DNA of 64,000 bases from an uncultured Ruficoccus sp. Lineage in GTDB: Bacteria > Verrucomicrobiota > Verrucomicrobiia > Opitutales > Cerasicoccaceae. The notes below the pieces were generated by a model that saw nothing but the letters and a program-made list of their open reading frames with translations, made no database searches and was not told the DNA's origin. Every line of letters begins with the position of its first letter. Position 1 is the first letter of the stretch. Below are positions 11,025 through 17,892 of this stretch, one piece after another. A program made the translations under genes and the position numbers. The stretch is taken from the NCBI GenBank assembly GCA_965140785.1, contig OZ223510.1:128001-192000 (forward strand), in the 5' to 3' direction.

Positions 11025-11159
11025 ATGCACACAATTGACTGGTTATTGATCGTGGTGCCGCTCTTGGCGGTGTTTGGGATCGGAGTATTCACGCATCGGT
11101 ACATGCGCAGCGTGGCGGTGGGGTGGCAAGCGAGACCGTTTACGGAGGAATTCACGCGT
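11025..11159 (+). pseudogene. Truncated sodium:solute symporter-like gene
   Basis: MHTIDWLLIVVPLLAVFGIGVFTHRYMRSVA resembles an SSS-family N-terminus; the frame ends at an IS3 left end. Confidence 0.6.
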
Positions 11160-11470
11160 TGACCGTGTCCACGTAAACTGGGCCGCTTGCAAAGTTAGTC
11201 TGAGTGCTTAGAAAGGACTCAGAGTATGAAAGGTAAGCGATACAGTACCGAACAGAAGATCCGTATTTTACGAGCCGCTGATGCTGGCGGAGCGATCGTT
11301 GATGTTTGCCGCGAGGCAGGAATCAGCGAGCAGGCTTTTCACCGCTGGAAGCGGGTACCGACCCTGTGCCGCTAGGTACGGCGACACTCAAGCGAAGCGA
11401 AGACAGCCTCAACCGCGAGTTGTTTTACACACTCACCGAGGCCCGCGTGGTCATCGAGGACTGGCGGCGG
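11160..11470 (+). mobile_element. IS3-family remnant (left end plus orfA start joined to an orfB C-terminal piece)
   Basis: Near-identical to 12866 onward (TGACCGTGTCCAC...MKGKRYSTEQKIR), then jumps to LNRELFYTLTEARVVIEDWR. Confidence 0.9.
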
Positions 11471-11477
11471 TCAGTCG

Positions 11478-11556
11478 AAGGGATCATGTCAAAGATTTAA
11501 ATGCTGATTGCTCCCTGGACTTGTGTAGTTTTCCTAAACTATTGACATGACCCCTT
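11478..11556. repeat. 79-bp hairpin repeat, copy 1 (diverged)
   Basis: AAGGGATCATGTCAAAGATTTA...TAAACTATTGACATGACCCCTT; about 7 substitutions versus copy 3. Confidence 0.92.
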
Positions 11557-11597
11557 GGTCTGACCCTTTAGGTACATTCGATTTACTTTAATCTAGA

Positions 11598-12689
11598 ATG
11601 AAAAAAAAATATTTAGGATTACTTTTGATTGTAGCGGCACTAGGCGTTTCTATGCCTTTTTTAAGGCATAAAGAGATTGAATCGAAAGTTGATTCTCGGC
11701 CATCTCCGGATGTTCAAAGAAATGAAAATTTTGTATCTAAAATCGATCCAAAAGATAGCAAATCGATAGAGTCAGTAGCGGCAAGTTCCGATGGCGAATT
11801 AATTGATGTTGAAAAACCAATGAACATGAGTGCCTCGGATTGGAGCTTTATGGTGAACAACCACAAGAGGTTTGCTGCTGATAATATGCCTATTAATTTT
11901 TATGGTGTTATTGTTGATCAGCAAGATATCCCAGTTGAAGGAGCAAAAGTACAAATTAAGATATCTGCCTATGATCCATCATTTTCAGCTCAATTAACCT
12001 CAGAGGGAATGAAAACTTTAGAGACAGTCATCGAGGTCGAAAGTGACAAGAATGGCATGTTTTCAATCCGAAATGAATATGGGCGTACGCTGAGGGTCTT
12101 ATCTATATCAAAATCGGGCTATGAGGCTTTGAAGTCTTTTAGATCAGGGTACTCTTATGGAAAAAGTATCGGGGACAAACATCAAGCGAATGAAAGTGAT
12201 CCTGTTCGCTTCAAGCTATGGAAAGCCTCTGAGCCTGCTGAATTAATCAAGATTGATATGGAGATAGACATTTCTGAGAGTTCCGGGCCTGTTTATCTGG
12301 ACTTGAAATCTGGAGATACATTCAGTGTTCAAAACGGGTCATCCGATCTTGAGTTGAGGATGAACTTTATCGAAAAACAGCAGTCGAATCGTTATGGTTG
12401 GGGAATCGTTATCAAGGTGTTGGATGGTGGGATTGCGCTTAGTGATGGCTTTCTTTTTGAGGCGCCAGAAGATGGTTATCTTTCAAGTATTGATTTTTTG
12501 TTTGAGCCAGAAAGCAAACAATGGACTCAACGAATCAATAAAAGGATGTTTGTAAGGAGTAGAGAAGGGAAGCTCTACGCTGGTTTAGTTTTTACTTTTT
12601 ATGCTTACCATACGGGTAACGGGAAGGCTATGTTAAAAGGTTTTTTTAATCCTAATGGTTCGAGAAATTTACAACCGCAAAAACAATAG
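11598..12689 (+). CDS. AT-rich secreted or membrane-anchored protein with carboxypeptidase-regulatory-like beta domain (cassette cargo)
   Basis: N-terminal hydrophobic helix, FYGVIVDQQDIPVEGAKVQI segment, C-terminal NPNGSRNL; visibly AT-richer than the flanks. Confidence 0.75.
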   Translation: MKKKYLGLLLIVAALGVSMPFLRHKEIESKVDSRPSPDVQRNENFVSKIDPKDSKSIESVAASSDGELIDVEKPMNMSASDWSFMVNNHKRFAADNMPINFYGVIVDQQDIPVEGAKVQIKISAYDPSFSAQLTSEGMKTLETVIEVESDKNGMFSIRNEYGRTLRVLSISKSGYEALKSFRSGYSYGKSIGDKHQANESDPVRFKLWKASEPAELIKIDMEIDISESSGPVYLDLKSGDTFSVQNGSSDLELRMNFIEKQQSNRYGWGIVIKVLDGGIALSDGFLFEAPEDGYLSSIDFLFEPESKQWTQRINKRMFVRSREGKLYAGLVFTFYAYHTGNGKAMLKGFFNPNGSRNLQPQKQ

Positions 12690-12781
12690 GCCACTTCGAT
12701 CAAGGTAGTGATTTAGATCGAGCCTTCCAGATGTGCTATTTCATATGCCCGCGAAGCGGCGTGAGAGGTCATTGAAGGGCC

Positions 12782-12851
12782 TGACCCGTTAACTTTTTAG
12801 AATAGTTGTTCATTGACAGGGACTTACAGGCGGGAAGCATTTTCGTGGTGC
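12782..12851 (+). repeat. Cassette-closing repeat, copy A
   Basis: TGACCCGTTAACTTTTTAGAATAGTTGTTCATTGAC...GTGGTGC, also found at 14393 and partly at 15153. Confidence 0.85.
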
Positions 12852-12931
12852 TGGCTGAGTCCCACTGACCGTGTCCACTTAAACTGAGCCGCTTGCAAAG
12901 TTAGTCTGAGTGCTTAGAAAGGACTCAGACG

Positions 12932-13198
12932 ATGAAAGGCAAGCGATACAGTACAGAGCAAAAAATCCGCATTTTACGCGCCGCTGATGCTGGCAGAGCG
13001 ATCGTGGATGTCTGCCGCGAGGCAGGGATCAGCGAGCAGACGTTCCACCGCTGGAAGCGGGAGCTTGGGATGCTGGAAGTCGATCAGGCCAAGCAACTGA
13101 AGGAACTGCAAAAGGAGAACGCTCGGCTGAAGCGTATGCTGGCGGACGAGATACTTGGTAAGGAGCTGCTGAAGGAGGCGCTCGAAAAAAAATGGTAA
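12932..13198 (+). CDS. IS3 transposase OrfA (HTH)
   Basis: VCREAGISEQTFHRWK HTH and LKELQKENARLKR zipper. Confidence 0.93.
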   Translation: MKGKRYSTEQKIRILRAADAGRAIVDVCREAGISEQTFHRWKRELGMLEVDQAKQLKELQKENARLKRMLADEILGKELLKEALEKKW

Positions 13199-14171
13199 GC
13201 CCTGCACACAAGCGCGAGATGGCGCAAACTCTGGTGTCGCAGGGCAGATGTTCAGCGCGGGCGGCCTGCCGTCACTTTGGGTTGCATCGCAGTACCTTCG
13301 GCTATCAGGCGAAGGAGACTACGCCCTGGTTGGCAAAGTTACGTGGGGCTTTGCGTCGCAAGAGCGAAGCGCATCCCGAGCTGGGTTACCCGAAAATCAC
13401 TCATCTACTCAAGCGCGATGGTTGGGACGTAGGTAAGCGGCTGGTGCAGCGCCTGCGCCAGGAGATGGGGCTGAAGTGTCCGACTAAGAAGCCTCGTCAG
13501 CGTCGGCGCGGCCCCTCGACGGGCTTACCGACAAAGGCTACTCATCGCAACCACGTGTGGACCTGCGACTTCGTGGCCGACCGTACGGCTAAGGGCGGAT
13601 CAATCCGCATGCTCACGGTACTCGATGAGTACACCCGTGAGTGCCTGTGCATCCACGTCGATCGCCACCTCAACGCCGCCAAGGTGCGAGCCGTCATGAG
13701 CGAGTTGATCAGTGCCTACGGCAGCCCCGAGCACATCCGTAGCGACAACGGCAGCGAGTTTATCGAGAAGAGCCTGCGTAAATGGTACGCGGACGAGGAG
13801 ATCAAGACGCTCTACATTGAGCCGGGCAGTCCCTGGCAGAACGGCTACATAGAATCCTTCAACGGCAGACTCCGCGATGAGTGCCTCACCGCGAGTGGTT
13901 TTATACGCTCACCGAGGCACGCGTCGTCATCGAGGACTGGCGATGGAAGTACAACAACATCCGACCCCACCGTTCACTCGGACTGCTCACACCACTGGAG
14001 TTTGCAGCCAAAGAAACCGCACCAACCCCCTTCGACATCAACTTCCAAGGCATGGGCTACACTCGGGCTACGCCCTCCTTCCGCCCAAGCCTTGACACCC
14101 TCTACAACCTAACCCTAAATCACATCATTAACCCGCTCAGACTAACTCTCAATGCGGTACAGTTTGCGTAG
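13192..14171 (+). pseudogene. IS3 transposase OrfB (DDE), frameshift near 13887
   Basis: WTCDF, RSDNGSEF and NGYIESFN are present; ECL continues in another frame as REWFYTLTEARVVIEDWR...RPHRSLG. Confidence 0.88.
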
Positions 14172-14179
14172 GCAGGTCA

Positions 14180-14389
14180 TCCTCTTGGGCGAGTGCTTTT
14201 TCAGGTTTTGCATCTAAATACCATGAGAATCCTAAATTAACTGAAGGAGAGATTATTGCACTATATGGTGGAATGGGCTCATTTAATGATATTATTCTCT
14301 ATCGCGGGGGAAAGGTCGCTGTGACGGAAACTAATAATTTGGACGATATGCGTTCACGCTTATTTGCTCTTTGCCGACGAAATCAATGA
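14180..14389 (+). pseudogene. 5'-truncated small protein with YGGMGSFND motif (DUF6966-like, putative immunity protein)
   Basis: Frame immediately after the IS3 end reads SSWASAFSGFASKYHENPKLTEGEIIALYGGMGSFNDIILYRGG...RLFALCRRNQ*. Confidence 0.65.
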
Positions 14390-14392
14390 GCC

Positions 14393-14463
14393 TGACCCGT
14401 TAATTTTTTAGGAATAGTTGTTCATTGACGGTCATTTAGGGATGCGCAGGTTTTTTGTGGTGC
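14393..14463 (+). repeat. Cassette-closing repeat, copy B
   Basis: TGACCCGTTAATTTTTTAGGAATAGTTGTTCATTGAC...GTGGTGC, 3 nt after the cassette stop codon. Confidence 0.85.
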
Positions 14464-14496
14464 AACCCCAGTTTCAGCTTCTCTTGGTCAAAGCAC

Positions 14497-14575
14497 AAGG
14501 AGTCATGTCAATAATTTAAATGCTGATTGCTCCCTTGACTTGTGTAGTTGTTCTAAATTATTGACATGACCCCTT
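14497..14575. repeat. 79-bp hairpin repeat, copy 2
   Basis: One substitution versus copy 3. Confidence 0.95.
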
Positions 14576-14701
14576 CAGATTCTGCGTGACGTGCGGAATA
14601 TCTATCAACAGGATGGTCTGTATACTCCGTATATTAGGCAGCAGCTTCAAGAGATGACCCGCTTGAGCAAGGAACTGTATCCTACCATTTTTGCAAAATG
14701 A
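14576..14701 (+). pseudogene. Orphan C-terminal tip of a probable polymorphic toxin (no start codon)
   Basis: QILRDVRNIYQQDGLYTPYIRQQLQEMTRLSKELYPTIFAK*; the stop overlaps the next ATG (ATGA), as in toxin-immunity pairs. Confidence 0.6.
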
Positions 14702-15141
14702 GCAGTATTGAAGAGTTAGGACTTATTTTATCTCAAAGAAAACATGGGTATATACAAGCAGTTGAACAATGCTTGGGACAGTTGTGTACTTCTGTTGACG
14801 AAAATATTTTACTTGGCCTTTTCTCCTTGTTTGACGACAGCGCAGAAGATGAGGTTATGTTCTTAATTATTCATACGGTCGAGAGCGTTGATGACGATCT
14901 CTATTGTAAATGCCTGTTTGAATCCGTCGAGTCGCTGTGGAGCCATTCTCCTCGATGGACTCAAATATTGCATATTAGAGTAATGAACTCTTTAACCACA
15001 TTAAGTGTCTACTTGAAATTATATAAGCATGCACCTCAATCACAGTGTCGTGTTGTTGATGAGATCTATAGCTCGATTGAATCTGGATGGCCAAATATTG
15101 CCGCTAAAGCACGGGCGGTCCGTGATGCCATGACGAAATAA
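14698..15141 (+). CDS. Imm30-like immunity protein
   Basis: LFDDSAEDEVMFLIIHTVES...PRWTQILHIRVMNS pattern recalled for Imm30; small AT-rich gene coupled to the upstream tip. Confidence 0.7.
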   Translation: MSSIEELGLILSQRKHGYIQAVEQCLGQLCTSVDENILLGLFSLFDDSAEDEVMFLIIHTVESVDDDLYCKCLFESVESLWSHSPRWTQILHIRVMNSLTTLSVYLKLYKHAPQSQCRVVDEIYSSIESGWPNIAAKARAVRDAMTK

Positions 15142-15152
15142 ACACCGACGGG

Positions 15153-15173
15153 TGACCCGTTAATTTTTAGGAA
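15153..15173 (+). repeat. Cassette-closing repeat, copy C (short)
   Basis: TGACCCGTTAATTTTTAGGAA, 11 nt after the immunity gene stop. Confidence 0.8.
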
Positions 15174-15598
15174 CACCAACGGCAGAACCTAGCACGTGGA
15201 GTATGCGATTTCTGAAAATCAACCTACGCGCCAACCACGGCATGTCGGATGCCAGTCTGGGAATAAACGCAGTAAAGAGCTTCTCGACTACCAACCCTCC
15301 ATGTTATGTATTCAGGAGCAAATCTCGCCTACATCTAACTGAACAACGAAACACCTTGCCCGCCTCGTGATGCTGTCCCGGTTAACCCCGAAGGCCCATT
15401 GATATCTTTCAATCTGAACCTCAGTTCCTATTCGGTAATCGTGCGACCCTTTACGCTATGTCCTTTTATTCGATGGGTAGCTTTCGAAGGAAGCAATCAT
15501 CTAGGAAGGACAAGCTGGCTGAAAATGCTCTGGTTAACAGTTTCTGAGCCTTTTTGCTCCCCGGAGAAAAACAGAGAATTTTCCGAGGGAGGGAGCAC

Positions 15599-15677
15599 AA
15601 GGGGTCATGTCAATAATTTAAATGCTGATTGCTCCCTTGACTTGTGTAGTTGTTCTAAATTATTGACATGACCCCTT
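15599..15677. repeat. 79-bp hairpin repeat, copy 3 (perfect 22-bp arms, 35-nt loop)
   Basis: AAGGGGTCATGTCAATAATTTA-N35-TAAATTATTGACATGACCCCTT. Confidence 0.97.
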
Positions 15678-16140
15678 CAGGTTACACCAACTGGATTCCG
15701 GGAGGGAACTTTGCGTTGGGGGTAAGCATGTACTTCGGTAAGCCTTGGGCGCGTCAATATGCAGGTGAATATTCGTGGAAGGGTACTATCGACTTGGGAG
15801 TAGATGCCGCCACCGCAGGGATATTCGGCATGGCTGGGAAAGGATTGAGATCCCTCCGTTTTGCCGATGAGTTCGCAGAGGGAGTGTTTGGCAGTGAACG
15901 AGGACTGGGACGTGTTACAGGTTCTTTTGATGCAATCAATCCGGGGCCACTTTCAGATGATCTTGCTGGCACATTTGCTGGGGGAAGGTATAGTGAAATT
16001 ATATTGGAATCAGATACAATCCTATACCGTGCTGGGCAAACCAATAAGCCGTTGGGTGAGTTTTTTGATACAGTTCCAGCTGAGGGTGTATTGCAATCGA
16101 GAATTGACAAAGCTATATTGCCAATTTGGCCTGGCGGTGG
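15668..16140 (+). pseudogene. Orphan Rhs-type toxin C-terminal region, truncated
   Basis: Gly/Ala-rich pre-toxin helix followed by NPGPL...ATFAGGRY...DTILYRAG...RIDKAILPIWPGGG-type segment; similarity breaks after WPGGG. Confidence 0.6.
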
Positions 16141-16442
16141 CTGCGACTTTGGTCGGAGACTTCATCTATATCATCGGCGCACTCGGGTATCCTGATTCGC
16201 GGAAACACGATTTTACCCCAGTTTATCGACTTTCCCTCGAAGACTACAGTATTGAATGTGTCGAGACGTCAGGTTCGGCGCCGGGGTGGATTTATCGGCA
16301 CCGAGCAATACTCCAAGCAGACAATGTAATCCGTATTAGCGGAGGGTTGAAGGAGATCAAAGGTAAAGGCGAGGTGTTGCATATTGAGAATCAGCAGACA
16401 TACGAGTTGGACCTCATAAAACGCTTGTGGACAGCGGTTTGA
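16138..16442 (+). pseudogene. C-terminal fragment of an unrelated gene fused out of frame
   Basis: Second frame reads ATLVGDFIYIIGALGYP...TPVYRLSL...PGWIYRHRA with no start of its own. Confidence 0.5.
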
Positions 16443-16457
16443 TCGGCACCCACGGCC

Positions 16458-17462
16458 CTATGCTTGCGGATTGGGGGCGGGAGTGGCAGGAGTGGAGTGG
16501 ACATCCGTGATGGAGATGATATTTCGGCGGGTGTCGTCGGCGTAGTGGGCGTAGTCCTTGTCCATTTTCGGGGGGACTTTGGACTCGATGACAAAGGAGC
16601 CGGTGGCCTTCTCCTTAAACGTCTCCAGAATCTTCAATAGGCCCGGATCGACGGGGACGGCCCCGATGGAGGTTTCGGTTTTGACGGAAAAGAACGTATG
16701 CGGGGCGATGACGATTTCTCCCCTGACTGCATCGACAGATTCCCAGAGCAGTTCGCCGACATCGATTTGGCTACGGTAACGCATGGATGACGACTTTAGC
16801 ATCTCGACATCGGCAAAGGGCAGGGGGGTGGGGAGCTCCATTTCCTTGAGGAGTCCGGTAATCTTGGGGCTGAACAGCGAGCGTGCGTTGCGGACAATCG
16901 AATTCGCGGTGTGCTCTGCTTTACGAATCTTGACCGGGTCATGCTGGGCCTTGGCGATTTCCGATTTCTGCCACTAGCGGATGCGGTCGGCGGTCAGGTA
17001 GCCGAGCGGGGTCTTATCGACCGCTTCACGCCATTTGAGGTGGTGTTTGTGGAAGTGGTCGTACCGCTCCTTGGTTTGAGGGATACCCTTGATGTCTGCC
17101 ACGAGGGTGCGCAGCTTCCGGCAATAGGTGGTAAAGGTTTTGGGGTTGAGGTTGGCACGCTCCTCGACGGCTTTTAGGTATTCCCCGAGGGTGACTGCTT
17201 TGACTTTGACCGCCATCTCCCCCTTAAACTCGCGGATAGTTTTATCCCAGCCGTTCGCCTTCAGGCTGATGTAAATGGCCGCTGCCCGCTTCGCTGCCTT
17301 CACCTGGTTATTGCTCCCGAGCTGGAACCACTCCCTGCGGCCCCGGTGCTGGATGTACACCTGAAACTCTTCGACCGTGGTTGCAGAGCCATCGGTTGCC
17401 TTGTAGCTGCGCTTCTTGATGCGCGACATCCAGTAGTCTTGGTGGGTTTTGGAGATGGCCAT
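16458..17462 (-). pseudogene. Tyrosine recombinase/integrase pseudogene
   Basis: ORFs 16974-17462 and 16458-16841 share a frame, broken by one TAG; N-terminal arm-type and core-binding-like regions plus VKTETS...VPV; no catalytic R or HxxR box visible. Confidence 0.7.
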
Positions 17463-17892
17463 CGTTTTTGAGCTTGGGGTGGGTGAAACGTGGGGACTCG
17501 TTTCAGCGCAAAATCACTGTGCCATATTTCAAGCCCTTTAAACGGGCCTTTTGTGGCCAATCGAGGCCTGTCTGAACCGAGCCGGACCTTTCGATGCCCC
17601 TGCCGCGGAGTGCTGGGCCCGTGGCACATCGATCCGGTCACCACTGAAAATGAGAACGCTCAAGCTGAGTCGTCGAACGCAGCAGGTGCTCGTTACATTT
17701 TTCTGGTCAATGAGGATAATAATCTCTTAGTGGAAAATACACCCGGCTGCCCGGCCCGGCAGCGAATGTTCACCGTTTTCCGTTCCAGCCAATCTAAATT
17801 CAAGGCGAAAAATTCGCCGGTCTTGTTCTGACGCTCTGTCGGCCAGCCAAGGCTTAGCGAGGCAGAAAGACTCATACGGATCATTGATAAAA

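Larger units (their letters stand above)
12866..14179 (+). mobile_element. IS3-family insertion sequence, full length with frameshifted orfB
   Basis: TG...CA ends with imperfect IRs (TGACCGTGTCCACTTAAACTGAGCCGC / revcomp TGACCTGCCTACGCAAACTGTACCGC); A8 slippery run at the orfA/orfB junction; no target duplication visible. Confidence 0.95.

Noticed and set aside
15399..15671. 90-aa ORF sharing a C-terminus with the 11281 ORF
   Set aside because: The similarity is only translation through the non-coding hairpin repeat
11478..15677. CRISPR array interpretation of the repeated hairpin
   Set aside because: Repeats are 79 bp and separated by 1-3 kb of gene-bearing DNA; no cas genes are present
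11478..17462. Canonical integron (attC sites plus IntI)
   Set aside because: Hairpins lack RYYYAAC/GTTRRRY cores and copy 3 has perfectly paired arms; the adjacent recombinase has an N-terminal arm-type region and no recognisable IntI features
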